Positions 1-12,100 of a DNA stretch of 64,000 bases are shown here, piece after piece. The DNA lies in contig CM059431.1 of assembly GCA_030390025.1 (NCBI GenBank), positions 94,180,001 through 94,244,000 of the forward strand, given 5' to 3'. The notes under the pieces are model-generated. The model ran no database searches and was not told the DNA's origin. It worked only from the letters and a program-made list of their open reading frames with translations. The stretch's first letter is position 1; each line of letters starts with the position of its first letter. The stretch is from Squalus acanthias. Lineage: Eukaryota. A program made the position numbers and the translations under genes.

Positions 1-1266
1 CATCCTGCGTCAGTCCAGTGTGCCAGCAATCTTCCAGCCGCACATCAAACCCGAGGATGGCTGCTTGGAGACAAGGGCTATCTGGTCTGCACATGGCTCA
101 TGACTCCACTCCGCAATCCCACCACTCCTGCCCAGTACACATATAATGAGAGCCAATCTGCCACCAAGGACATCATCGAGAAGACTGCTGAAGCAACGGT
201 TCTGCTGCCTTGAACGTTCGGGAGGAGCCCTCCAATACTAGCCGGAGCGGGTGTCCCATTTCAGGATTGTCTGCTGCATGCTTCACAACTTGGCCATCAC
301 GAGGGTGCAGCCTTTGCTAGCAGGGATTTCGGGACCACCTTGGGAAGAGGATGAGGAGAGGAGGAGGTGGAAGAGGAAGAGAAGCAAGAGGAAGAGGAAG
401 CGGAAGAGGAGGAGGACGAGGAGGAAGGGAGCAAATCCCCCTTATACATGGGCTGTCCATGAACACTTCATCAGACTCCGATTCGAGTGAAGGAAACCCC
501 AGATCCCTATTTCTGACCACATCCCCATCATACCATCCCTCTGTCACCGAACATCACAGCATCTTCCTGGGCACAATGCTCAAATGAGAGCCACCACAAA
601 ACAAACATTACAAACAAAATTAATACATTTATAAGTATTAAATTTACATTACAACATGAACTAATCACCCTTATGCAATCTCTTAGTGCCTGTGTGCCCT
701 TTCCTCCTCTAGTGCTCCTATGCAGTGCTCCCCCAGTGGCTGCAGCATGATTGGTGTAAGGTTGCTGAGTTTCCGTGGGGGAGACTACAGATGGCATTGC
801 AGGACAACCTTGACCAGCTGTGGACCTAGAAGGTCCGGCTGTAGACTGCAACTCCTCGGTATGGGTGACAGCAGTCTGGGCTGGCTGGTTCACGGACAGC
901 GGCATGGGCAATGGCAGAGTGGCAGTGGTGGGAGAAGGAATGGTGTCATCCTGAGAGAAGACAGCAGGTCCCTGCCCCGCAGACCCACTGCCACTCCCCC
1001 GGGATGGCACTTCAGCATTCCTAATAATCTGTTGGAGGACAGATTGCTGGCCTGCTGCGACACCCTGCAAGCCCATTTAGATACTGCAAAACCCAGCCAC
1101 GATTGGAGTAATCTGACCATCAAGCATAGACAGCATTACAGCACTAGGATGTTGCGTTGCTTCCGCCTGTGCTGCAATGGAAGCCTCGACATCGCCCATC
1201 ACACGCAGCATCATGGTGGGTCCACAAGGTCTCTCCTGGAGTTATCCATCATTTCCAGGCTGGAAA
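1..1266 (+). mobile_element. Partial PIF/Harbinger transposon: 3' end of transposase (+, 1-490) converging on 3' end of Myb/SANT-like gene (-, ~660-1266)
   Basis: Reads [18 protein letters not shown] and CCMLHNL plus an acidic tail, as in HARBI1-type transposases. The minus-strand ORF 528-1076 resembles 55470-55997. Cut off by a CR1 tail. Confidence 0.85.
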
Positions 1267-3497
1267 TCATAGGATAACATAGAATATCCAGCACAGAAAC
1301 AGGCCATTCGGTCCAACCAGTCCATTCCGGTGTTTATGCTCCACTCGAGCCTCCTCCCATCTTTCCTCTTCTAACTCTATCAGCATAACCCTCTATTCCC
1401 TTTTCCCTCATATGCTTATCTAACCGTTCCTTAAATGCATCTATACTATTCAGTTCAACCAATCCCTGTGGTCGTGAGTTCCACATTCTCACCACTCTCT
1501 GGGTAAAGAAGTTTCTTCTGAATTCCCTATTTGATTTCTTGGTGACTATCTTATATTGATGGCCTCTAGTTATGCTCTTCCCCACAAGTGGAAACATTCT
1601 CTCTCTGTATCTACTCTGTCAAAACCTTTCATTATTTTAAAGACCTCTATTAGGTCACCCCTCAGCCTTCTCTTTTCAAGGGAAAAGAAACCAAGCCTGT
1701 TCATCCTTTCCTGATATGTATACCCTCGCATTTCTGGTATCATCCTTGTAAATCTTCTCTGCACCCTCTTCAGTGCCTCTATATCCTTTTTATAATATGG
1801 CGACCAGAATTGCACACAGTATTCCAAGTGTGGTCTAACCAAGGTTCGATACAAGTTTAGCATAACTTCACTACTTTTCAATTCTATCCCTCTAGAAATA
1901 AACCCTAGTGATTGGTTTACTTTTTTTATGGCCTTGTTAACCTGTGTTGCTACTTTTTGTGATTTGTGTATTTGGACTCCGAGATCCCTTTGTCCCTCTA
2001 CCCCATCTAGACTTGCACCCTCTAAGTAATATGTGACCTTCCTTTTCTTCCTACCAAAATGTAATACCTCACATTTATCTGTGTTGAAATTCATTTACCA
2101 ATTTTATATGCCCATTCTGCAAGTTTATTAATGTCTTCTTGTAATTTGTTGCAGTCCTCCTCAGTATTGACTATCTCCCGCACCCCCCTCCCCCCACAAT
2201 TTGGTGTCATCCGTAAATTTAGAAATTGTGTTTTTTATTCCAATGTCTAAATTGTTAATATAAACTGTAAACAACAGTGGTCCCAGCACGATCCTTGTGG
2301 AACACCACTTCCCACCTTCTGCCACTGTGAATAGCTACCCTTTACCCATACTTTCTGCTTTCTGTCTTAAAGCCAGCTAACTATCCATTTTGCTACTTGC
2401 CCCCTGAATCTGAATTCTCTGACCTTATTCATTAGTCTATTATGTGGTACCTTATTGAAGGCCTTTTGAAAATCTAGATAAATTACATCTACTGCTTTAC
2501 TCTTGTCTACTCTCTGTCACCTCTTCAAAAAAGTCAATGAGGTTGGTCATGCAAGACTTTTCCTTTTGAAATCCATGCTAACTATTCATTATTATATTTT
2601 TGGTTTCTAGATGTTCTTCTATTTTCTCCTTTAGTAGGGATTCCATTATTTTTCTACCACCACTGACTGGTCTATATTTCCCTGGACATGTTCTATCTCC
2701 CTTCTTAAATATAGATATTACATTAGCTATCTTCCAGTCCTCTGGCACTACACCTTCTTCTAATGAATCATTAAATATGTGTAGTAATGCCTCTTCTTTC
2801 TCTTTCCTAGATTATTTTAAAATGCATGGATGTAATCTGTCCGGACATGGGGTTTTATCCTCTTTGAGATTGATTAGTTTATTTAATATACCTCCTCTTT
2901 TTAGTTTAAATTCCGTTATCTTATTACTAATTTCATCATCTGATGCCATGTTCACATGTTCTCTCTCCCTATAAATACTGAAGCAAAATAATTATTAATA
3001 TTTCTGCCATCTCTCTATCGCAGCCTGTGGTATTATTCTGTCCATCCCTTAGTGGTACTATTCCCATCCCAACCTTCCTTTTTTTATGTATGTGCCTGTA
3101 AAATATTTTACTATTTTGTTTTATGTTCCTTGATAATTAATTTCATAGTTTTTGCCTTCCTAATTGTTTTTTTGACTTCTCTCCTAATCTCCTTGTATTC
3201 TCCCTTATCAAGCTCTCCCCTGATGTCCATGTACTTAATGTATGCCTCTTTCCTTACCCTCAATTTTTCCCTTATGATGTTATTCATCCATGGTGTCTCA
3301 TTAGTGTTTAGATTGTTCTTGTGTTTTAGCGGAATATATTGTTCCTGCACTCTGTTGAACACAGTTTTAAATGTTTCCCATTGCTGTTCTACATCAGTGT
3401 TTGCCAATATTGTTTTCCATTTTATTTTCCCATGTTCTATTCTCAGCACCTCAAAATCAGCTTTTCTCCAATCTATTACCCTGGTCTTCATCATACT
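1267..3497 (-). mobile_element. CR1 LINE, degenerate ORF2 (RT) and 3' end
   Basis: ORFs 1570-2094 ([14 protein letters not shown]) and 1334-1597 (RNFFTQRVV..WNS). Microsatellite-like 3' tail near 1267. Confidence 0.9.
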
Positions 3498-6400
3498 TAG
3501 AGTCATAGAGTCATTGGCCCGAAAATTAGACCTAATACGCGAGAGTACGCACTGTGTACTCTCGCGTATTAGGTCCCGAATTGCCGGTTTCCTGCATGCA
3601 CTGCGCATGCGCGGGAAACCGGCACTTCGTGTATTGCAAAGGGGTCGGTTCCTAAGTGAACCATGTGCGCACTACAGGTTGTTCGCACGCAGTGCACTTA
3701 GTTTTTTTCAGGTTTGAACACGCAGGTAAGTGGTGAAGATTTTACACATAAAGAAAGCAGGCGTAGGACCCCCTTTTAACAAGGTAAGTAGTTAATTAAG
3801 TGTTATTTAAAAAAATTTTCAACAGTTTTATCTTTTTTAGAGGCTTTAAAGAAAGGTAAGTTTATTTTTATAACTTTTAAAAAGATTTTAAATTTTTTCA
3901 AAAATTTAATTTTTTGTTTAAAGTGGTTAATTTATTTAACTATAGTTATTTTATTAATGTGATGGCTTTTTAAAAAAAATTAATTGAGGTTTAGCTGTTC
4001 TTTTGGGGGCTTGTAGTATTCATAGCTTTGACAGCCCTTGCTGTCAAAACTATGAATGAAAGATGGTGTGCTGCCATTGGCTCCAACTGAATCACGTGAT
4101 CCCAGAGCTCGCACGAACTAATTGCGCCTCTGGGACACGCAAGCACTGCACGGTTGCAACAGGGAGAGGCCCTGAAACTAAAGTTCGTGTGGGCCCGAAA
4201 CAAAAAGGTAGGCGCGGAGTGCGATATCGCGGGGAATCCTTACCCCCGCGGGAACCATCGATGTTTAATTTCTGGGCCAATATGGCTCAGAAGGAGGCCA
4301 TTTGGCCCATCAAGTCCATGCCGGCTCTCTGTAGAGCAATCCAGTAAGTCCCATCCCACCGCTCTATCCCCGAAGCCCTGCAAGTTTATTTCTCTCAAGT
4401 GCCTATCCAATTTCGTTTTGAAATCATTCATCATCTCCGCTTCCACCACCCTCATCAGCAGCGAGTTCCAAGTCATTACCAATCGCTGTGTAAAAAAGTT
4501 CTTCTTCACATTCCCCCCTGTATCTCTTGCCCAAAACCTTAAATCTGTGTCCCCTAGTCCTTGTACCATCTACTAATGGGAACAGCCTTTCTCTGTCTAC
4601 CTTATCCAAACCTGTCATAATCTTGTACACCTCTATCAAATGTCCCTTCAACTTCCTTTACTCCAAGGAGAACAACCTCAGCTTCTCCAATCTAACATTG
4701 TAGCTAAAATCCCTCATCCCTGGAACCATTCTGGTAAACCTCCTCTGCACCCTCTCAAGGACCTTCACATCCTTCCTAAAGTGTGGTGACCAGAACTGGA
4801 TGCAATACTCTAGTTGTGGCCTAACCAGAGCTTTATAAAGGTTCAGCATAACGTCCCTGCTTTTGTACTCAATACCTCTATTTATGAAGTCCAAGATCCC
4901 ATATGCTTTGCTAACTATTCTCTCAATATGTCCTGTCACCTTCAAAGATCTATGCACATGAACCCCCAGGTCCCTCTGTCCCTGCACACTCTTTAGAACT
5001 GTGCCATTAAGTCTATATTGCCTCTCCCTATCCCTTCTGCCAAAATGCATCACCTCACACTTCTCTGTATTAAATTCCATCTGCCACTTGTCTGCCCATT
5101 CTGCTAGCCTATCTATGTCCTGTTGTAGTCGATTGGTATCATCCTCACAGTTTGCCACACCTCCAAGTTTGGTATCATGGCAAATTTGGAAATTTTACAC
5201 TATATTCCAATATCAAAGTCATTTATATATATCAAAAAAAGCAGTGGTCCTAGCACTGGCCCTTGAAGAACACCACTGTCTACCATCCTCCAGTCTGAAA
5301 AACAGCCATTTACCACAACTCGTTGTTTTCTGTCCTTAAACCAATTTCTTATCCAAGCTGACACTGACCCTCCTTTCCCATGAGCCTCAATTTTGTTAAT
5401 CAGCCTTTTATGTGGTACTTTGTCAAACTCTTTCTTAAAATCCATATAGACAGCATCCATTGCATTCCCTTCATCAACCTTCTCTGTTACTTCATCAAAA
5501 GATTCAATTAGATTAGTCAAACACTATCTGCCTTTTACAAATCCATGCTGGCTCTCCTTAATTAACGTAAACCTTTCCAAGTGCCTGTTAATTTTTTCCC
5601 TGATTATTGTTTCTAAAACCTTACCCACCACTGATGTTAAACTGACCGGCCTGTAGTTAATAGGATTCTCCTTACACCCTTTTTTGAACAAGGGTGTCAC
5701 ATTTGCCACTTTCCAATCCTTTGGCACCTCCCCTGCATCTAGGGAATATTGGAAAATTAAGGCAAGTCCTTCTGCTATCTCCACCCCCACTTCCCTTAGC
5801 AACCTGGGATGCAAGCCATCCGGACCAGGTGACTTATCCACTCTAAGAATATCCAGCCTTTCCAGTACATCCTGCCAATCAATTTTCACCCCATCCATTA
5901 CCTCTACCATCTCTGCTTCTACGATATTTTGTCAGCATCCTCTTCCTTAGTAAACACTGATACAAAGTACTCATTAAGTATTCTAGCCTTGTCCTGCGCC
6001 TCTAAGCATATATCACCTTCTTTGTCCCTAATAGGCTCCACCCCACCTTTTACTACCCGCTTACTATTTACATGCCGGTAGAAGATTTTTGGGTTCCCTT
6101 TTATGTTACCTGCCATTCTATTCTCATATTCTCTCTTTGCCAGTCTTATTTTCCTCTTCACTTCCCCTCGCAACTTATTGTATTTGACCTGATTCTCACT
6201 TGAAGAATTCACCTGACATGCATCATACACCCTCTTTTTTTGTTTCATCATCTTCTCTATCTCCCTCGTCATCCAAGGAGCCCTGGCTTTGGTTCCCTTA
6301 CCCTTCCCTCTTGTTGGAATGTACCTAGCTTGTACCTGAAACATCTCCTCCTTAAAGATCACCCATTGTTCTGTTACACTTTTTCCTGTCAATCTTTGGT

Positions 6401-7165
6401 TCCATTTTACCCTGGCTCGATCCCCTCTCATCCCATTGAAGTTAGCCCTCTTCCAATTTAGAAGTTCTACTTTAGATTGTTCCTTGCTCTTCTCCATTAT
6501 TAATCTATCTCTTACCCAAGTGTTCTCCCACAGACACTTGGTCCACTTGGCCCACCTCATTCCCCAGCACCAGATCCAGCAATGCCGCCTTCCTAATTGG
6601 GCCGAGAACATACTGATCAAGGAAGTTCTCCTGAACACATTTCAGAAATTCTCCCTCTCCTTTCCATTTAATCTAACATTATCCTAATCGATATTTGGGT
6701 AACTAAAGTTCCCCAATATCACCACTCTATAGTTCTTGCACATCTCTGTGATTTCAATGAAGATTTGCTTCTCTATCTCTCTCTCACTATTTGGAGGCCT
6801 ATAGAATATCCCCAATAGCGTGATCATACCCTTTTTGCTTCTCAACTCTAACCAAATGGATTCTGTCCTTGCCCTCTCAAGGACATCCTCTCTTTCCAAC
6901 ACTACAATGTCTTCCTTAATCAGCACTGCCACCCCATCTCCCTTTTTTCCTTCCCTATCTTTTCTGAACACCTTGTATCAGTAAATATTAAGTGCCCAGT
7001 CCTCACCATTTTTAAGCCATGGATCTGTTATTGCCACTACATCATATTCCCACACGGCTAATTGCGCTTGTAGCTCACCAACTTTATTCACCACACTTTG
7101 TGCGTTTACATACATGCATTCCAAACCTGTCTTTGTATTCCTCGTAGTCCTTCTTAGTCTGCACC
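3498..7165 (-). mobile_element. CR1 LINE ORF2 (endonuclease + RT), degenerate, interrupted by MITE A
   Basis: ORFs 6684-6971 (APE: YRPPNS), 5524-5910 (KSPGPDG, NYRPVSLTS), 5200-5520, 4658-5158, 4240-4569. Confidence 0.9.
3516..4278 (+). mobile_element. Non-autonomous TIR element (MITE family A, Harbinger-like), inserted in a CR1 3' tail
   Basis: Termini GGCCCGAAAATT / AATTTCTGGGCC with flanks ATT/AAT. Close copies at 58843-59595 and 63609-64000. Confidence 0.85.
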
Positions 7166-8340
7166 TATAGAATCATAGAAATTTACAGCACAGAAGGAGG
7201 CCATTTTGGCCCATTGTGTCCGCACCGGCCGACAAAGAGCTCTTCAGCCTAATCCCACTTTCCTGCTCTTGGTCCGTAGCCCTGTAGCACTTCAAATGCA
7301 CATCCAAGCACTTTTTAAATGTGGTGAGGGTTTCTGCCTCTACCACCCTTTCAGGCAGTGAGTTCCAGACTCCAACCACCCTCTGGGTGAAGAAATGTCC
7401 CATCAAATCCCCTCTAAACCTCCTACCAATTACTTTAAATCTGTGCCCCTGGTTGTTGTCCCCTCTGCTGAGGGAAATAGGTCCGTCCTGTCCACTCTAT
7501 TTAGGCCCCTCATAAATTTATACACCTCAATAAGGTCTCCCCTCAGCCTCCTCTGTTCCAAAGGAGGCAAACCCAGCCTATCCAATAATTCCTCGTAGCT
7601 AAAATTCTCCAGTCCAGGCAACATCCTCGTAAATCTCCTCTGTACCCTCTCTAGTGCAATCACATCTTTCCTGTAATGTGGTGACCAGAACTGCTCTTGT
7701 ATTCTATGCCTCGGCTAATAAAGGCTAGCATTCCGTATGCCTTCTTAACCACCTTATCTACTTGGCCTGCTACCTTCAGGGATCTGTGGACATGCACTCC
7801 AAGGTCCCTTTGTTCCTCTATACTACTCAGAGTCCTACCATTTAATGTGTATTCCCTTGCCTTGTTAGCCCTCCCCAAATGCATTACCTCACACTTCTCC
7901 GGATTGAATTCCATTTGCCACTGTTCTGCCCACCTGACCAGTTCATTGATATCTTCCTGCAGTCTATAGCTTTCTTCTTCATTATCAACCACATGGCCAA
8001 TTTTTGTATCATCTGCAAACTTCTTAATCATACCCCCTACATTCAAGTCCAAATCGTTGATATATACCACAAAAAGCAAGGGACCTAGTACTGAGCCCTG
8101 TGGAACCCCGCTGGAAACAGCCTTCCAGTCACAAAAACATTCATCAACCATTACCCTTTGCTTCCTGCCTCTGAGCCATTTTGAATCCAACTTGCCACTT
8201 TGCCCTGGATCCGATGGGCTTTTACTTTCGTGACCAGTCTGCCATGTGGGACCTTATCAAAAGCCTTGCTAAAATCCATATACACTACATCAAATGCACT
8301 ACCCTCATCGACCTTCCCTTAACAAATCCATACTGACTGT
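7166..8340 (-). mobile_element. CR1 LINE, 5'-truncated RT/3' end
   Basis: ORF 7660-8190 contains GVPQGSVLGP..FADD. Tail ATAGAATCATAGAA at ~7166. Confidence 0.9.
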
Positions 8341-9150
8341 CATAAGAACATAGGAACATAAGAAATAGGAGCAGGAATAGGCCACTTGGCCCCTCGAGCC
8401 TGCTCCGCCATTCAATAAGATCATGGCTGATCTTGGGCTCAAAGCCACTTCCCTGCCCGCTACCCATAACTCTTCACTTCCTTATCTTGCAAAAATCTGT
8501 CTATCTCCACCTTAAATGTATTTAATGACCCAGCCTCCACGGCTCTCTGGGGCAGAGAATTCCACAGATTTATGATCCTCTGAGAGAAGAAATTCCTCCT
8601 CATCTCAGTTCTAAAAGGGCGACCCTCTATTCTGAAACTATGCCCCCGAGTTCTAGATTTCCCCACGAGGGGAAACATCCTCTCTGCATCTACCTTGTCG
8701 AGCCCCCTCAGTATCTTATATGTTTCAATAAGATCACCTCTCATTCTTCTAAATTCCAATGAGGATAGGCCCAACCTGCTCAACTTTTCTCCATAAGTCA
8801 ACCCCCTCATCTCAGGAATCAACCGAGTGAATCGTCTCTGAACTGCCTCCAATGCAAGTATATCCTTCCTTAAATAAGGAGACCAAAACTGTACGCAGTA
8901 CTCAAGGTGTGGTCTCACCAATAGCCTGTACAGTTGTAGCAGGACTTCCCTGCTTTTATACTCCAACCCCCTTGCAATAAACATAAGAACATAAGAACAT
9001 AAGAAATAGGAGCAGGAGTAGGCCAATTGGCCCCTCGAGCCTGCTCCGCCATTCAATAAGATCATGGCTGATCTGATCCTAACCGCCAATCTACTATCAC
9101 AGAACCATCTCCTGAACCTAACAGAATTGGACACACGAAATAGGAGCAGG
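8341..9150 (-). mobile_element. Nested CR1 3'-end fragments with (CATAAGAA)n tails
   Basis: Tails at 8341 and 8981. ORF 8460-9155 holds the RT C-terminal motifs. Confidence 0.85.
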
Positions 9151-11700
9151 ATCATGCTACACGGCCCCTGGGCCCGCTACGCCACCCACAGGGCCATGAC
9201 CAATCCGAACCTAGACTCATGTCCAAATTCCTGCCCGCTCCCCGTAACCCTTAATTCCCTTTACTTCTAGGAAACTGTCTATTTCTGTTTTAAATTTATG
9301 TAATGATGTAGCTTCTACAGCTTTTTGGGGCAGCATATTCCATGGACCTACCACCCTCTGAGTGAAGTAGTTCCTTCTCATCTCAGTTTTGAAAGAGCAG
9401 CCCCTTATTCTAAGACTATGCCCCCTAGTTCTAGTTTCACCCATCATCGGGAACATCCTCCCCGCATCCACCCGATCCAACCCTTCACAATCTTATATGT
9501 TTCAATAAGATCGCCTCTCATTCTTCTGAACTCCAATGAGTAGAGTCCCAATCTACCCAACCTCTCCTCATATGTCCATCCTCTCATCCCCGGGATTAAC
9601 CGAGTGAACCTTCTTTGTACTGACTCGAGAGCAAGTATGTCTTTTCTTAAGTATGGACACCAAAACTGTATGCAGTATTCCAGGTGCGGTCTCACCAATA
9701 CCTTGTACAACTGAAGCAATACCTCCCTATTTTTATATTCTATCCTCTTAGCAATGAAAGCCAACATTCCATTGGACTTCTTAATCACTTGCTGCACCTG
9801 CATACTAACCTTTTGAGTTTCGTGCACCAGGACCCCCAGATCCCTTTGTACTTCAGTACTTTCCAGTTTCTTGCCATTTAGATAATAACTTGCTCTACTA
9901 TTTTTCCTGCCAAAGTGCATAACCTCACACTTTCCAGTATTGTATTCCATCTGCCAAATCTCTGCCCACTTACTTAGCCTGTCTATGTCCCCTTGCAGAT
10001 TTTTTATGTCCTCCTCACTCACTACTTTCCCTCCCATCTTAGTATCATCTGCAAACTTTGATATGTTACACTCGGTCCCCTCCTCCAAATCGTTAATATA
10101 GATTGTAAAGAGTTGGGGACCCAGCACTGACCCCTGCGGAAAGGCCTCATTAGAGGAACCTGCTAAGATATCATCCCTCCTTACAGCAGTAATTGACTCC
10201 TTGATTACTATTGCGACACCCCCTCTTTTACTCCCCCCTCTGTCTCGCCTAAAGATTCTATACCCTGGAATATTGAGCTGCCAGTCCTGCCCCTCCCTCA
10301 ACCATGTCTCTGTGATAGCAACAATATCATACTCCCATGTGTTCATCAACACCTTCAATTCATCTACCTTACTCGCAAGACTCCTTGCATTAAAATAAAT
10401 GCCATCCAGCCTTGCCATACTCCCTTGTGCCGTTACATATTTGCTCTGCCTTTCAGGCTGACTTGTTTTTTCCTCTATAGTTGGCTGTGCATCACCCCCT
10501 ACTATAGCTCCACTCCGTATCCCATCCCCCTGCCAAGTTAGTTTAAACCCCCCACCAACAGTACTAGCAAATCTCCCCGCAAGGATGTTGGTCCCTTTCC
10601 AGTTCAGGTGCAACCCGTCCGACTTGTACAGGTCCCACCTTCCCCAGAAGCAGACCCAGTGATCCAGGAAACTAAAGCCCTCCCTCCTGCACCAACTCTT
10701 TAGCCACGCATTCATCTGCTCTATCCTCCTATTCCTATACTCACTAGCACGTGGCACCGGGAGTAATCCAGAGATTAGAACCTTTGAGGTCCTGCTTTTT
10801 AATCTGCTACCTAGCTCCCTAAATTCTTGTTGCAGGACCTCATCCCTCTTTCTACCCATGTCGTTGGTACCAATGTGAACCATGACCTCTGACTGTTCGC
10901 CCTCCCCCTTCAGAATGCCCTGCAACCGTTCAGTGACATCCTTGACCCTGGCACCAGGGAGGCAACATAACATCCTGGAGTCACGTCTGTGGCCACAGAA
11001 ACGTCTATCTGTTCCCCTTACGATAGAATCCCCTATCACTATTGCTCTCCCACTCTTTTTCCTCCCCTCCTGTGCAGCTGAGCCACTCGTAGTGCCACGG
11101 ACTTGGCTCTTGCTGCATTCCCCTGAGAAACCATCTCCCCCATCAGTATCCAAATTGGAAAATCTGTCGGAGAGGGAGATGGACCCAGGGGACTTCTGCA
11201 CTACCTTCCTAGTTCTTTTACTCTGTCTGGCGGTCACCCATTCCCTGTCTGCCTGTGCACTCTTTACCTGCGGTGTGACCACCTTGTTAAACGTGCTATC
11301 CACGAAGATCTCAGCTTCACGGATGCTCCACAGTGACTCCAGCCGCAGCTCCAGCTCTGAAACGCGGATTTCGAGTAGCTGCAGCTGGAGACACTTCCTG
11401 CACATGTGTTCGCCCTGGACACCTAAAGTGTCCCTGACTTCCAACATAGCGCAGGAGGAGCACTCCACGCTGCCGAGCTGCCCTGCCATGTCCTACCCTT
11501 AATTTACTCCCTTTAAATTAAAGAATATTAAATACACTAGGGACCTTACTTCCCTTTAAACACTACTTACTCTAAACTAGAGACCTTACTTTTACTTTAA
11601 TGACTGGAATGTAGAAATACTGTAGAAATACTCACCGCTGGTTCACTGTCCCCTCTTGTGTAGCTTTTTAGCTCCTGCTCTCCTGGAAGCTGACAAAGAT
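9150..11700 (-). mobile_element. CR1 LINE with ORF1 (Cys motif/coiled coil + SGNH esterase-like) and internally deleted ORF2; 681-aa fused ORF 9444-11489
   Basis: CSSC..CRKC, VIGDSIVRG, HIGTND, DGLHL (ORF1); FNARSL..ITETW (endonuclease N-terminus); then an abrupt in-frame jump to PQGSVLGP..FADD (RT) at ~10141. Confidence 0.9.
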
Positions 11701-12100
11701 GGAAAAAGAAAGGAACACCTCCCTCATTATTCATTAAGAACCATACCCATGTCTTCTGCCTCCACACACAGATTACCTTTATGGTCTCTAATAGGCCCTA
11801 CTCTTTCTTTAGTTATCCTCTTGCTCTTAATGTATTTATAAAACATCTTTGGGTTTTCCTTGATTTTACTTGCCAACATTTTTTCATGCCCTCTCTTTGC
11901 TTCCCTAATTTCCTTTTTAATTGCACCCCTGCACTTTCTATACTCCTCCAGAGTTTCTGCAGTATTCAGCCCACGGTATCTGTCATACGCCTCCCTTTGT
12001 TTCTTTATCCTACCCTGTTTGTCCCTTGAAATCCAGGGGGCTCTAGATTTGTTATTCCCACCCTTTTTCTTCAAGGGAACATATTTCCTCTGAACCCTTA

